NCBI GenBank assembly: GCA_015232565.1
Contig: JADFZK010000011.1
Coordinates: forward strand, 358-64,357
DNA length: 64,000 nucleotides
From: Candidatus Omnitrophota bacterium
GTDB taxonomy: Bacteria > Omnitrophota > Gorgyraeia > Zapsychrales > Fredricksoniimonadaceae
Direction: 5' to 3'
Shown: in pieces, positions 1-14,547 of the stretch
Numbering within the stretch: the stretch's first letter is position 1
Layout: every line of letters starts with the position of its first letter
Notes under the pieces: model-generated
Told to the model about the DNA's origin: nothing
The model's input: the letters and a program-made list of their open reading frames with translations, nothing else
Databases searched by the model: none
Position numbers and translations under genes: made by a program

Positions 1-22
1 GATTTTGATTATTGCTTAGTTC

Positions 23-367
23 GGGTGGTGGAATGATCCCTTTTCTAATAGAAAAGAGGTAGGGATCATTGCACCACCCTAAGATTTTGCTTTGTGAATA
101 TTATCAATATCCACGTTCACTGCACAACAATCACATTACCAATATGAAAAGAGGTGGGGATCATTGCACCACCCTAAGATCCTAGCATGTTAATTTGATC
201 AACATTCACATTCACTGAATAACAATCACCTTACCAAACATGAAAAGAGCAGGGGATCATTGCACCACCCTAAGATCCTAGCATGTTAATTTGATCAACA
301 TTCACATTCACTGAATAACAATCACCTTACCAAACATGAAAAGAGCAGGGGATCATTGCACCACCCT
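23..367. repeat. Tandem array of four ~30-bp cores (GAAAAGAG-x-GGGATCATTGCACCACCCT) at 51, 146, 242 and 338 (period 95-96 bp), plus an inverted copy at 23-45
   Basis: Directly visible. The intervening sequences of units 2 and 3 are identical, and that of unit 1 is a diverged homologue. GGGTGGTGGAATGATCCCTTTTC (23-45) is the reverse complement of a core variant. Confidence 0.9.
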
Positions 368-415
368 GCGGTCCTGCCTTGGGCTGAATCTCGAATTACA
401 ATACAACGAGGCAGG

Positions 416-443
416 ATATTAGCATACTTCGCCTGGGTGTCAA
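416..443 (-). promoter_or_regulatory. Putative sigma70 promoter pointing into the repeat array
   Basis: Minus strand TTGACA-16 nt-TAATAT with a TG extension, just downstream of the pyrG stop. Confidence 0.45.
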
Positions 444-455
444 GCCCTGGCGCTA

Positions 456-3436
<2,981 letters not shown>

Positions 3437-3464
3437 AAGCCGCGCTCTGCTATTAAGCCCTGGT

Positions 3465-6400
3465 TTAAGCCTGTTCGGGGCCAGAAGATCTCTGGTAATA
3501 ACTCTGAAGCGATTCGACCGTGAAGCCTTCTTTTAAGCTGGCCTCAATGCCGTGTATTGCCGCCGCGGCGCCCTGGATGGTGGTAATGCAGGGGATATTG
3601 CGTAAAATAGCCGCCGCGCGGATCTTGCGCATATCGAACTGGCTTTTCTTGCCTGACGGCGTATTGATAACAAGATTTATCTCATCTTTCTGGATGAGTG
3701 TCAATATGTTGTTGTGGCCCTCGCCAGTCTTGTCTACCAGCGTGACCATGACGCCGCTGGTCCTTAAGACCTTGGCCGTGCCTTTGGTGGCGAACAACTT
3801 GAACCCCAGGTCGTGCAGGCGCTTGGCCATAAAAGCCACCGAACGCTTGTCGTTCTCGTTAACACTGATGAAAACGCCGCCCTTTTTGGGCAAACCCTGA
3901 TTGGCCGCCATCTGACTTTTGGCATACGCCGCGCCAAAAGTAGGCGCCATGCCCATAACCTCGCCGGTGGACTTCATTTCCGGTCCCAGGATGATGTCCA
4001 CGCCCGAAAAGCGCGAGAACGGCAGAACGCATTCCTTGACCGCCACCATGCCCAGGCGGTCGATATCCGGCAACTTAAAGCCCGACAGTTTCTCGCCGGC
4101 CATTATGCGCGCGGCCATCTTGGCCAGCGGCACGCCGATAGCCTTCGACACAAAAGGCACCGTGCGCGACGCCCGCGGATTAACTTCCAGAATAAAGACC
4201 TTCTCGCCTTTTACCGCGAACTGGATATTAAGCAGGCCGATGACTTTCAACGCCAGCGCAATACGGCGAGTGTGCTCTTTTATTTCCGCCAAAATCTCTT
4301 CGCTTAAGGTATGCGGCGGCAAAACACAGGCCGAATCACCCGAATGGATGCCCGCATTCTCAATATGCTCCATGATACCCGCCACGTAAACCTGCTCGCC
4401 GTCACAGACCGCGTCAACGTCGACTTCCATGGCGTCTTCGATGAACTTGTCGATCAAAATAGGATGGCCGCGCGAAACATCCGTGATCTCGTCGATAAAA
4501 GACATCAGGGACTCTTCGTCGTACACAATGCGCATCGCCCGGCCGCCCAGCACATAAGACGGGCGCACCAGGACCGGATACCCCACCCGCAAAGCCGCGG
4601 CAGCGGTTTCTTCCACAGTAGTAGCCGTGGCATTATTAGGCTGGCTGATCTTCAGCTCATCCATTAAAGCGGCGAATTTCTCGCGGTTTTCAGCGGTATC
4701 AATAGAGTCCACACTGGTGCCGATAATTGGCGCACCGGCCTGTTTCAGGCGGCGGGCCAGGTTCAGCGGAGTCTGCCCGCCAAACTGCACAATAACGCCG
4801 TCCGGCTTCTCGACATCCATAATATTCATTACATCTTCGAAAGTAAGCGGCTCGAAATAAAGGCGGTCGGAAGTATCGTAATCCGTAGACACGGTTTCCG
4901 GATTGGAATTAACCATGATGGTCTCGAAGCCCCGCTCCTTGAGCGCGAAAGCCGCGTGGCAGCAGCAATAATCAAATTCAATGCCCTGGCCGATACGGTT
5001 CGGGCCGCCGCCCAGGATCATGATCTTCCGGCGGGTAGTGCCTTTGGCCTGGGCTTTAGTAAGCTTTTCATTCTGCAGGATGGCCTCATCCTCGGTCTCG
5101 TAGGTAGAATAAAAATAAGGCGTATACGCTTCAAATTCCGCCGCGCAGGTATCCACCACTTTAAACGTGGCCACAATACCCTTTTGTTTGCGCAGGGTGC
5201 GCACCGCGCTCTCGGACATATCCATGATCTCGGCCAGCTGGGGATCGGAAAAACCCCACTCTTTGGCCTGACGCAAGGTTTTATCCGACAAGGTTTTGGC
5301 CGCGGCGAACTCGGCGATCATCTCGTTCTCAAAATCAAGCAACTGTTTCATCTGGGCGATGAACCAGATATCCATGCGCGTATGCTCGACCACCTGGTCT
5401 ACAGTCATGCCGCTCTGCAGGGCATACTTGATGTAAAAGATCCGCGACGCGTTCGGTTCACGCAAGCGCTGTAGCAGCTTGGCTTCCTCGATATTGCGAT
5501 AATCGGTCTTGTTGTCAAAACCGATATGATGTATTTCCAGCCCCCGCAAACCCTTTTGCAAAGACTCCTTGAAAGTCCGGCCGATGGCCATGGTCTCGCC
5601 GACCGACTTCATTTGAATGCCCAGCACATCCTGGGCTTCGGGGAATTTCTCGAAAGTAAAGCGCGGGATCTTGGTAACACAATAATCTATGGCCGGCTCG
5701 AACGAAGCCGGGGTTTCGCGGGTAATATCGTTCTGGATCTCGTCGAGCGAATAGCCCACCGCCAGCTTGGCCGCAAACTTGGCGATCGGAAAGCCCGTCG
5801 CCTTGGACGCCAGCGCGGAAGAGCGCGAAACGCGCGGGTTCATTTCAATTACCACCATCCGGCCGGTCTTGGGATGCACCGCGAACTGGATATTGGAACC
5901 GCCGGTTTCAACCCCGATCTCGCGGATAAGCGCCAGCGACTGGTCGCGCATCTGCTGGTATTCGCGGTCGGTCAGGGTTTGCGCCGGCGCCACGGTAATG
6001 GAATCACCGGTATGCACGCCCATGGGGTCGATGTTCTCGATAGCGCAAACAATGACCACATTGTCCTTGTTATCGCGCATTACCTCCAGCTCAAATTCTT
6101 TCCAGCCCTCGATGGATTCTTCAATAAGGATTTCCGAGATCATACTGCTGTCAATACCGCGCTGGGCCTTGACGTCGAAATCCTCGCGGGAATAAACAAT
6201 GGAACCGCCCGTGCCGCCCAACGTAAAGCTGGAGCGGATAATACACGGGAACCCGATCTCTTTAACGACCTCGCGGGCTTCGTCCAGAGTATAAGCAAAA
6301 GAACTGCGCGGCAAGTCCAGGCCGATGCTCTGGCAAGCCTGCTTGAACTGTTTGCGGTCCTCGGCCTTTTTAATGACCTCGTACCTGGCACCCAGCATTT

Positions 6401-6740
6401 CCACGTTATATTTCTTAAGAATGCCTTTTTCCCACAGCTCAACCGCCAGGTTAAGGCCGGTCTGGCCGCCCAAAGTCGGCAGGATAGCATCCGGGCGTTC
6501 CTTAATAATGATCTTTTCCAGGAACTCGACGTTAAGCGGCTCAATATAGGTATGCGGTGCGGTTTCCGGATCGGTCATGATAGTGGCCGGATTGGAATTA
6601 ACCAGCACGATCTCGAAACCCTCTTCGCGCAAAGCCTTGCAAGCCTGGGTACCGGAATAATCAAATTCACAGGCCTGGCCGATCACGATGGGGCCGGAAC
6701 CGATGAGGAGGATCTTTTTAATGTCAGTGCGTTTGGGCAT
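3465..6740 (-). CDS. carB: Carbamoyl-phosphate synthase large subunit
   Basis: [30 protein letters not shown], duplicated ATP-grasp domains, C-terminal MGS domain. Confidence 0.99.
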   Translation of the reverse strand: MPKRTDIKKILLIGSGPIVIGQACEFDYSGTQACKALREEGFEIVLVNSNPATIMTDPETAPHTYIEPLNVEFLEKIIIKERPDAILPTLGGQTGLNLAVELWEKGILKKYNVEMLGARYEVIKKAEDRKQFKQACQSIGLDLPRSSFAYTLDEAREVVKEIGFPCIIRSSFTLGGTGGSIVYSREDFDVKAQRGIDSSMISEILIEESIEGWKEFELEVMRDNKDNVVIVCAIENIDPMGVHTGDSITVAPAQTLTDREYQQMRDQSLALIREIGVETGGSNIQFAVHPKTGRMVVIEMNPRVSRSSALASKATGFPIAKFAAKLAVGYSLDEIQNDITRETPASFEPAIDYCVTKIPRFTFEKFPEAQDVLGIQMKSVGETMAIGRTFKESLQKGLRGLEIHHIGFDNKTDYRNIEEAKLLQRLREPNASRIFYIKYALQSGMTVDQVVEHTRMDIWFIAQMKQLLDFENEMIAEFAAAKTLSDKTLRQAKEWGFSDPQLAEIMDMSESAVRTLRKQKGIVATFKVVDTCAAEFEAYTPYFYSTYETEDEAILQNEKLTKAQAKGTTRRKIMILGGGPNRIGQGIEFDYCCCHAAFALKERGFETIMVNSNPETVSTDYDTSDRLYFEPLTFEDVMNIMDVEKPDGVIVQFGGQTPLNLARRLKQAGAPIIGTSVDSIDTAENREKFAALMDELKISQPNNATATTVEETAAAALRVGYPVLVRPSYVLGGRAMRIVYDEESLMSFIDEITDVSRGHPILIDKFIEDAMEVDVDAVCDGEQVYVAGIMEHIENAGIHSGDSACVLPPHTLSEEILAEIKEHTRRIALALKVIGLLNIQFAVKGEKVFILEVNPRASRTVPFVSKAIGVPLAKMAARIMAGEKLSGFKLPDIDRLGMVAVKECVLPFSRFSGVDIILGPEMKSTGEVMGMAPTFGAAYAKSQMAANQGLPKKGGVFISVNENDKRSVAFMAKRLHDLGFKLFATKGTAKVLRTSGVMVTLVDKTGEGHNNILTLIQKDEINLVINTPSGKKSQFDMRKIRAAAILRNIPCITTIQGAAAAIHGIEASLKEGFTVESLQSYYQRSSGPEQA

Positions 6741-6753
6741 AATAAAAGGACTG

Positions 6754-7854
6754 TTACCCTTTTTTCAGGGTGAATTTTTCCATCATTTCAATGAAACGGC
6801 CAAATAAATATTTCGCGTCGTTAGGCCCCGGCGCCGCTTCCGGATGATATTGCACGGAAAATAACGGATATTTCTTATGGCGCAGGCCTTCGACCGTCTT
6901 GTCGTTAAGATTAATATGTATCGCCTCAACTTCAGCTTTATTCAAACTGTTTATGTCTACACAAAACCCATGGTTCTGGGAGGTAATGCTAATACGCCCG
7001 GTCTCCAGGTCTTTCACCGGATGGTTACAGCCGTGGTGCCCGAACTTGAGCTTATAGGTGCGGCCGCCCAGCGCCAGGCCGATCATCTGATTACCCAGAC
7101 AAATGCCGAATATCGGCTTTTTTCCGATCAGTTCCCGGACGGTGGCAATAACATTGGTGACCGCGGCTGGATCGCCCGGGCCATTAGCCAGGAAGATGCC
7201 GTCGGGATCGGCCGCCAGGATATCGGCGGCGCTGGTAGTAGGCGGAACCACGCTGGTTTCAATGCCCAGCCTGGCCATTTCGCGCAGAATATTCAACTTG
7301 ATACCGCAATCGATAGCCGTCACCCGGTACTTCTTCTGGCCTTCGGCTTTCCATACATACGGCTTTTTGGTAGCCACTTCCTTGACCCAGTCGGCGCCTT
7401 CCATGGACGGCACCTTGGCCAGCTTGACCTTGAGGCTCCGGGGATCGAAATCGTCGGTGGAAATAAGGCCCTTCATAGCGCCCGCCACCCGTAAATGACG
7501 GGTAAGCGCGCGCGTATCCACGCCTTCAATACCGATGACCTTGTTCTCGTCCAGGTATTGAATAAGGCCTTTATTAGCCCGGAAATTGGAATAGGTGCGG
7601 CAGAATTCCTTGACCACGAAACCCTTCACATGCACCCGGGAGGATTCCACGTCTTCATCGTTAATGCCGTAATTGCCAATAAGGGGGTAGGTCATCACCA
7701 CGATCTGCCCGGCATAGGAAGGATCGGTAAGGACTTCCTGATAACCGGACAGGGCGGTATTAAAAACAACTTCGCCGGCCGATTCTCCGTGGATATTCAG
7801 GGATCTGCCGTAAAAACATTTGCCGTCTTCGAGGTAAAGGACTGCTTCTTTCAT
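6754..7854 (-). CDS. carA: Carbamoyl-phosphate synthase small subunit
   Basis: GEVVFNT..GYQE.LTDPSY, GICLG, SQNHG, QYHPE. Confidence 0.99.
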   Translation of the reverse strand: MKEAVLYLEDGKCFYGRSLNIHGESAGEVVFNTALSGYQEVLTDPSYAGQIVVMTYPLIGNYGINDEDVESSRVHVKGFVVKEFCRTYSNFRANKGLIQYLDENKVIGIEGVDTRALTRHLRVAGAMKGLISTDDFDPRSLKVKLAKVPSMEGADWVKEVATKKPYVWKAEGQKKYRVTAIDCGIKLNILREMARLGIETSVVPPTTSAADILAADPDGIFLANGPGDPAAVTNVIATVRELIGKKPIFGICLGNQMIGLALGGRTYKLKFGHHGCNHPVKDLETGRISITSQNHGFCVDINSLNKAEVEAIHINLNDKTVEGLRHKKYPLFSVQYHPEAAPGPNDAKYLFGRFIEMMEKFTLKKG

Positions 7855-7916
7855 CTGCGACTATTCTTATTTAGAGGAGTCAAAATAGGAGGAAAATCCT
7901 TCCCAAAACTTGCACT

Positions 7917-7944
7917 ACTATAACACCGTTTTTCTTTATGTCAA
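7917..7944 (-). promoter_or_regulatory. Putative sigma70 promoter of the carA-carB-purF-pyrG operon
   Basis: TTGACA-16 nt-TATAGT with extended -10 TG. Confidence 0.6.
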
Positions 7945-8223
7945 GGCGGGCAAAAATGAATGTGAATTCCCAGAGTAAACACCAAATACTGCCCCATTTG
8001 CTCCTTCTTCGTGGCCCTGGATCCTTTCTGTCCACTATCCCCAAAAATCAGCACGTAAAAACAACCACGTCGACAAAATCTTTATTATCAGACGCTATGA
8101 AATTAAACGGGCTTCCGAGGAATGCGCACCTAATCGTGCACTAATCATGCAAATCGTGAATGATTGAGGGAAAACATATTTGACAGCCCGCCGAAGCGCG
8201 CCCCTGAGCCCTTGTTGAACCCA

Positions 8224-9705
8224 TTATGAGCCCTTTGAGCCCTTTATGAGCCCTTTCCCTTTCAAATGATATGCTGTTCCTCTCCCAGTAACGCCAAGCC
8301 TCTCAATAACCCCTTTCTTCAAAAGATCCATCAAATCCCGAGTAGCTGTAGCCTTGGAAGCGCCAGACATCTCCCTATAATCATTATTCGTAATCTGACC
8401 ATTCTTCTTAATTAACTTTACGGCCCGCATTTGCCTTTCATTCAACCCCATACTCAAAAGAACGGCATCCGTTAACACATCCCGGGAAATGATCGTCTTA
8501 AACTCCAAATTCCTCACCGAAACAAACTCCGGCTCCGGCAAACCGGCTTCTTTACATTGCCTGATGATCTCCATTGTCCCGGATCCGGCCTCCTGAACGT
8601 AATTCCCGTAAAACATGACCGATGCCAGTCGCGGATTGGCAGGATGCGATGTGTGCGTCTTTTTCAGGTCTTCCAGCTTGAGACTTGGCGGCAGTGTCCC
8701 CGAATTCAACACCTCCACGCGATCAAGAAAGACCATAACCTGTACTGCCGATGTCGTGTTGTAATTTCGATGCACGACGGCATTAATAATCGCCTCCTCA
8801 ATGGCAAACGACGGTATCTCCAACGGACGACTGACTTGAGCTGTGTTTTCCTGCTGAATCACCGGCAAACGGATAGCATCAAACACAAACCCGACCGCTT
8901 TGTCCACCTGCTCAAAAAGATTGCCCTCGTAAATATGATACGACGCGAACGGCTTCTGAACCTCGATGCTTGAAAACTGGATGCATTTAATCTTAGCCTG
9001 ATCAAAGAACTTGCGCGGTTCTTTGCCAAATAACAAAATCGCGGCATTGGTCAGTTTTCCATCTTTCAACAGCTTCCAATGAGTAAAGACATCTTCGGTA
9101 GACGCATCTACCGAGATCGGATAATTGCGCTTTTCCCTGGCGGTTCGCAAACACCACTTCACCTTATCCTCGTCAATATCTGAAAACTTAGCACCCTCGC
9201 ATATGCGCTGATCAAACTCGGCCCGGCTAACCACTCCCTGTGCTTTTAAGAACGTGATCAGGCTTTCATAAACGAAGTCAGTTAATTCAACCGTCGAATT
9301 GTAGCGACGATAACTGTAGCCAGACCTTGAGTCTTTGATCTCTTTGATGAGTTTCTGGACGCCTGCCTCGCGCTTCTTGTCGTTTGCGCCATTCTCGCCC
9401 TTGATGTAGAACAAAATCTCTTTATGATGCTTCTGGGCTTCCCGGAACTCCGCCTCCGTAGGCGACACCTCTGCGCCCTTGGAACCGCCATAACGATCAC
9501 CAAGCAACCCAATGTAAACATCACTTCCTCTGACCTCATTAAGATACGCGGTCTCGGGAGATTTTCCCTGTGCTGGCGCGTCCTCAAACAAGAACACATC
9601 GAAATGCTACGACAACAGCACATCGCCAAGAACGGACACCTTCACTGCCCGCCTCTCGGCTTTCAGATCCTTCTGCACTCCGCTAATGAAAACTTTATAT
9701 TTCAT
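8224..9705 (-). pseudogene. DUF4062 + RecG-C-like (HATPase_c_4) + HTH protein with an in-frame TAG at codon 33
   Basis: ATG at 9705 reads MKYKVFISGVQKDLKAERRAV...LLS*HFDVFLFED, in frame with ORF 8224..9597. The downstream part has EAIINAVVHRNY, NSGTLP, GSG and a C-terminal HTH. Confidence 0.75.
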
Positions 9706-9843
9706 AATTTCTTCCACTCAATAGTGGTTGATTTGGCATCGCCGATGTATCGATTCCATACTTATTTCTCGCCTATAGTTTGCTCGAAATCAAAAACAAT
9801 TTGTTTCTTATTCATTGGTCACCCTTAGTGTCTATTTGTTGTT

Positions 9844-12480
9844 CTAATGGCCCAGGCGTTTTTTGTTGGCCAGGTAATTGGCCTCGCCGAGGATCTTGCG
9901 GGCCAGGGCGTCCTTGTTCTGGCCATTATCAAAATCGTAGTCCATGACCGCCAGATAGCTCAGCAGATTGCCGAACGGGGACTGCAGCATTTCCGGGCTG
10001 GAGGAGGACAGCGCGTCGATCTTGCTGACATATTCACCCGGAGAATGGCCTATACGGATACCTTCCTTGCGGAAACGGTCGATGAATTCCGAAACGGTCA
10101 ACAGCTTTACCTCCCGGTCGATGATCTGCGCCCAGGAGCGCGAGGAACGTTCCAGCGCCTGCCAAAGTTCATTGATACCCACGATAGTTTCCGGAAGCGG
10201 AGTTTCTGCGGCCGCGGCACCAGCAGCTTTGGAAGCCAGCACTTCACTCTCCACCTCTTTGCCCAGCCGGCGGCGCACCTCCTGCTGATAAGCGGCATTG
10301 AGTGCGGCGCGTTTTTGCTGGACCGCGGCATTCTGATACGCCGCATGGGCCAGTAATTGCCTCTCGGTAGTCTCCTGCACCGCTTGCGCCGCCTGGGCCT
10401 GCATAAGGGCATTGCGCTTGGCGGCATATTCCGCGTACTGCCGGATCTCGCCGTTCAACTGCGCCTGGGTTTGCGCTTCCTTATACGCCTTCATTTCCTG
10501 AGCCTGTTTATACGCGTTCAATTCCGCCGCGTTCCGGTAGGCCGCCGCCTGCTGATATTGCGCCGCTTCCATTCCCTGCTTTTGCGCCACCGCCTGAACC
10601 ACTTGCGCGGCCTGTTCTTCTTCGGCTTTCTTTTTGGCCATGGCCATTTCCATAGCCTGCTTTTGAATGGCATATTCTTCCGCGGCTTTTTGCGCGACTG
10701 CCTCTTGATACTGCCGCTGGGCCACCGCCTGCTTGTACGCCTCAACCTGCTGGGCCTGCTGATACGCCGCCATTTGCTGAGCCTGCTGTTGCTGCATCAT
10801 TTGCTGTTGGTACTGCTGGGCGGCCTGGGCCTGCATTTGTTTTTGTTGCTGGACCCGGCGCTGAACCGCCGCGGCGGCGTGCGCGGAAGAAGCCTGGCAC
10901 AAAAAAGGGATCAACAAGATAAATAGCGCAGGCTTTTTAAAACCCGCGAACAGCGAACGGAATTTGGCCAGGAAGCTTATCATAGAAATTATTATAACAA
11001 AGGCCAGGCACGCCCATACAAAAACATCGCCAAATTTGGTATGGAAAGTGCTCCCGCTGGCCAGCGGAATGTCCAGGGCGGTCCAGCCGGTAGATTGCAA
11101 AGCGACTGCTTTTAGTACCCGGCCGCGGGAATCAAAACCCGCACTCCAGCCGGTATTCGCCGCGCGCACCAGCGGCCGGCCGGTCTCCACCGCGCGAAAA
11201 ACTGCCAGCGCCCCATGCATCATTAAAGCTTCCGGCCGCTGAAACCAGCCGTCGTTAAGAACGCTTATGAAGAACCCGGCATTTCGCAAAGCCAGGTCCC
11301 GGGCCAGCGCCGGATATCCTTCCTCAGAACAGATCAGCAACCCGGCGCTGATCTTGTTATCACCCAAAGCAAATAACCCGCGCCGATCACCGGGTAAAAA
11401 ATGATAACTTCCCATCCCGGCAGTACGGGCCAGCCAGACCGAAAATGGATCACTGGGTAAATATTCGCTAAAAGGCACCAGATGGCGCTTGTAATAAATG
11501 TCCCGCCATTGGCCCCGCCGGTCCAGAAGCAGTAAAGCATTAAGATCGTGGTCGTCCTCGGAAAGCAGGGCCGAACCCAGGACGAACCCCACGTTCAGGT
11601 TGCGCGCTACCATTTCGATCCGCGGCCGCCAGAGCGGATCGCGCAAAATATCATCGGGAAAAGCGGTCTCGGGCCAAATAACAATATCGGGCCGGGCCGC
11701 CTGCACGGCTTTCTTGCTGAGGATCAAATGCCGTCCGACATTTTCGTTATACAACGCAACGTTGGCCTTGTCCGCCCGAGAGATATTGGGCTGTACCAAC
11801 ACCACGCGCAAGCGCTGACCGGCCGGTAGGCCCTCCGTCATCATAACCCCCGAACCAATAAAGCCCACAATAAAGGGAAAGGTGATCATCAACCAAAAGA
11901 ACGGCGCTCTTATGACGCCCGACCTCTTCTGCCTGATCAGCAAGAACAGCCCGGTAGAAAAAAAGAGCAACAGCCAGCTGACCGCGTAGACCCCCCCAAA
12001 ACGCGCAGCCTGCACCAGCTCAGGGATCATGGCCTGGGAAACCCCCAGTCCCCAGGTAAAACCACCCAGCAATTGATTGCGTAAATATTCACTAACGACC
12101 CAGGCACAAGGCAGAAAGAACAGGTCGCTGACCCAACTGCGTCGCTCAACGAGGCTCAAGACCGCAAAAAGCGCACCCTGCAAAGCCAGCGCCAGAACCA
12201 GAACCACATAACCTGCCAGCGATACCGGCACCAGCCACCAGAGCAACAAACCATACGCCGCCACACCCCAAGCGAATCCCAGCCCGACCTTAAGCCGCCA
12301 GCCCTTACCCTCCAGTAAAAACAAAAGGGGGATGGCCATCAGCCACCCCCCGATAAATAAACCGTTAATGAATATCAAATTAGAAAACGAAAGCCAAAAC
12401 AAAACCGCCGATAACGCTAAAAACAAAAAAATAGTGTTTAGCATAAGCTTCCCGGGCCAGGTGAAGCGCTCTCCAGCCAC
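9844..12480 (-). CDS. lnt: Apolipoprotein N-acyltransferase fused in frame to a signal-peptide-led Q/A-rich helical protein
   Basis: TM N-terminus, VQPNI, WPE, KRHLVPFSEY, LICSE (E-K-C triad), RAVE...RAANTG. The extra ~380 aa follow the last TM helix. Confidence 0.88.
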   Translation of the reverse strand: MAGERFTWPGKLMLNTIFLFLALSAVLFWLSFSNLIFINGLFIGGWLMAIPLLFLLEGKGWRLKVGLGFAWGVAAYGLLLWWLVPVSLAGYVVLVLALALQGALFAVLSLVERRSWVSDLFFLPCAWVVSEYLRNQLLGGFTWGLGVSQAMIPELVQAARFGGVYAVSWLLLFFSTGLFLLIRQKRSGVIRAPFFWLMITFPFIVGFIGSGVMMTEGLPAGQRLRVVLVQPNISRADKANVALYNENVGRHLILSKKAVQAARPDIVIWPETAFPDDILRDPLWRPRIEMVARNLNVGFVLGSALLSEDDHDLNALLLLDRRGQWRDIYYKRHLVPFSEYLPSDPFSVWLARTAGMGSYHFLPGDRRGLFALGDNKISAGLLICSEEGYPALARDLALRNAGFFISVLNDGWFQRPEALMMHGALAVFRAVETGRPLVRAANTGWSAGFDSRGRVLKAVALQSTGWTALDIPLASGSTFHTKFGDVFVWACLAFVIIISMISFLAKFRSLFAGFKKPALFILLIPFLCQASSAHAAAAVQRRVQQQKQMQAQAAQQYQQQMMQQQQAQQMAAYQQAQQVEAYKQAVAQRQYQEAVAQKAAEEYAIQKQAMEMAMAKKKAEEEQAAQVVQAVAQKQGMEAAQYQQAAAYRNAAELNAYKQAQEMKAYKEAQTQAQLNGEIRQYAEYAAKRNALMQAQAAQAVQETTERQLLAHAAYQNAAVQQKRAALNAAYQQEVRRRLGKEVESEVLASKAAGAAAAETPLPETIVGINELWQALERSSRSWAQIIDREVKLLTVSEFIDRFRKEGIRIGHSPGEYVSKIDALSSSSPEMLQSPFGNLLSYLAVMDYDFDNGQNKDALARKILGEANYLANKKRLGH
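10981..10999 (-). promoter_or_regulatory. Putative internal extended -10 promoter giving a leaderless start inside lnt
   Basis: TGtTATAAT (10999-10991) lies 7 nt before an in-frame ATG at 10983. Confidence 0.45.
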
Positions 12481-12483
12481 CGC

Positions 12484-13056
12484 TTACTGCCCGGCGGGAA
12501 CGGCCGGTTGAGCGCTAACAGGTACTGCGTCCAGGGCTTTTTGCGCATCCGCCGCCGCATTGGCAGTGGCCGCATCTTCCGACTTTTGCTTGGCCGCCTG
12601 CACCAGCCCCGCCAAAAGCACCGCCGCGCGCTTTACGCCATCCTGATCCTGCTTGGCATTGAATATTTCCACGCTCCGGCGGGCCGCCTGAATGGCCGGC
12701 ATATCCTGCCCGGCGCCTTCATGTGCCACCGCCAACAAGTAATATGCCAAACCATTATCGGGAAACTGCCGCGCCGCAGTGGACAACACCGAGATCGCCT
12801 GGGGATACTGCTTTAAATGCACAAAAGTCTCGCTCAACATAAAATAACCTTCAAAATCACCGGGGGCGGCCTTGATCGCAGTGGCAAAACTCCCAACTGC
12901 GTTTTTAATATCACCCTGCTTCAAATATACCGTACCCTCCACGAGCAATTTCTTGGCCACCGCATTGTTTGCCGGTTCCGCTACCGCCGCTTCCTTCTTC
13001 GCGCAACCGGTGAATAACAGCCCCGCGATCAACAACATTGCCATGGATCTTTTCAT
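12484..13056 (-). CDS. TPR-repeat lipoprotein
   Basis: Lipobox LFTGC and TPR-like helical repeats. Confidence 0.8.
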   Translation of the reverse strand: MKRSMAMLLIAGLLFTGCAKKEAAVAEPANNAVAKKLLVEGTVYLKQGDIKNAVGSFATAIKAAPGDFEGYFMLSETFVHLKQYPQAISVLSTAARQFPDNGLAYYLLAVAHEGAGQDMPAIQAARRSVEIFNAKQDQDGVKRAAVLLAGLVQAAKQKSEDAATANAAADAQKALDAVPVSAQPAVPAGQ

Positions 13057-13091
13057 GCTACCTCCTGGTTTTTTACGCTCCCGGGGAGCTT

Positions 13092-14531
13092 TTAAGCCTG
13101 TCCCGGGCGGATCAAATACTCATGAACATTTTCCGCGGCTGTGCGGCCTTCCTGAATAGCCCACACCACCAGCGACTGCCCGCGGGTCATATCTCCCGCC
13201 GTGAACACACCCGGCAATGAAGTCATTTTGTCCGGTCCCGCTTTCACGTTACCCCGCGGGTCCAGCTCCACCGCCAGCTTTTCTACCAAACCACCCTTAA
13301 CCGGGCTCAGGAAACCCAAAGCCAGAAAAACCAGGTCGCAAGCTATCTCAAACTGTGAACCCGGCACCTCTTTCATAACCGGGCGGCCATTGGCATCTTT
13401 GGCCGACCAATCCAACCGTACGGCGTGGATCATCTTCACATTGCCATTCTCATCACCCGAGAAACTTTTGGTCAGGATATTATAATCCCGCTCACAGCCC
13501 TCTTCGTGCGAAGTGGACGTGCGCATGATAAAAGCCCAATTGGGCCAGGGGTTATCGTCCGCCCGAACAACCGGCGGCTTGGGCATCAGCTCAAACTGCA
13601 ACACCTCCGCCGCGCTCAGGCGGTTGGAAGTGCCCACGCAATCAGACCCCGTGTCTCCACCCCCCAGGACCACTACCTTTTTACCTTTAACATCAATAAA
13701 CTCTTTATTATCTACCTTGGTACCCATTAACAGGCGGGTCTTCTGGGAAAGATACTGCATGGCGAAATATACACCCTTTAACTCCCGGCCCGGCACCGCA
13801 ATATCCCGGGGCAATTCGGCCCCGCCGCACAAGACCAGCGCGTTGAATTGTTTGCGCAAGGCGTTGGGATCCACATCAACTCCCACATTCACCCCGGTCT
13901 TGAAAATCACGCCTTCCTGCTCCATCCGCTTGACCCGGCGCGCGACTACAGACTTCTCTAACTTGAAATTCGGGATCCCCAGCGTTAAAAGACCTCCGAC
14001 CACTTCATTCTTTTCGTACACCGTAACCTGATGGCCCTTTTTATTCAACTGGTCGGCACAAGCCAGGCCGGCCGGCCCCGAGCCAATTACCGCAACTTTA
14101 AATCCGCTGCGCTTTTGGGGCGGCTCGGGCTTAACCCAGCCTTCGGCATACCCGCGCTCAATTATCGCCAGCTCGATATTCTTTATTGTCACCGCCGGAT
14201 TATTGATCGCCAGCGTGCAGGAATTCTCGCAAGGAGCCGGACAGATCCGCCCGGTGAACTCGGGAAAATTATTGGTCTTATGCAGGCGCGCCAGGGCGTC
14301 TTTCCACTGGCCCTTGTTAACCAGGTCGTTCCAGGCCGGAATAATATTGCCCACCGGACAGCCCCACTGGCAAAAAGGCACGCCGCAATCCATACAACGG
14401 CCGCTCTGCTCCTTAAGGCCCTGCTCCTCGGGCAGTTTAATAAACTCTTTCCAGTGCTGTAACCGCCCGCTCACCGGTTCTTTGGTATATTCTGCGCGCC
14501 CGTATTTTAAAAAACCCTTAACTTCGCCCAT
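13092..14531 (-). CDS. gltD: Glutamate synthase small subunit
   Basis: RCMDCGVPFC, NNFPEFTGRICPAPCE, GSGPAG, GGGDTG. Confidence 0.98.
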   Translation of the reverse strand: MGEVKGFLKYGRAEYTKEPVSGRLQHWKEFIKLPEEQGLKEQSGRCMDCGVPFCQWGCPVGNIIPAWNDLVNKGQWKDALARLHKTNNFPEFTGRICPAPCENSCTLAINNPAVTIKNIELAIIERGYAEGWVKPEPPQKRSGFKVAVIGSGPAGLACADQLNKKGHQVTVYEKNEVVGGLLTLGIPNFKLEKSVVARRVKRMEQEGVIFKTGVNVGVDVDPNALRKQFNALVLCGGAELPRDIAVPGRELKGVYFAMQYLSQKTRLLMGTKVDNKEFIDVKGKKVVVLGGGDTGSDCVGTSNRLSAAEVLQFELMPKPPVVRADDNPWPNWAFIMRTSTSHEEGCERDYNILTKSFSGDENGNVKMIHAVRLDWSAKDANGRPVMKEVPGSQFEIACDLVFLALGFLSPVKGGLVEKLAVELDPRGNVKAGPDKMTSLPGVFTAGDMTRGQSLVVWAIQEGRTAAENVHEYLIRPGQA

Positions 14532-14547
14532 ATAGCTACCTTTTTAT

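Noticed and set aside
51-367. CRISPR array
   Set aside because: The intervening sequences are ~66 bp and identical or homologous to each other rather than unique spacers, and there are no cas genes in the window.
8204-8260. Short TGAGCCCTTT repeats at the end of the DUF4062 gene
   Set aside because: Low-complexity tail encoding KGLIKGSKGS; no evidence of a separate element.
9607-9609. Stop-codon reassignment or pyrrolysine at the in-frame TAG
   Set aside because: It is a single case, TAG appears to terminate the lnt fusion at 9844, and there are no pyl genes or suppressor tRNA in the window.
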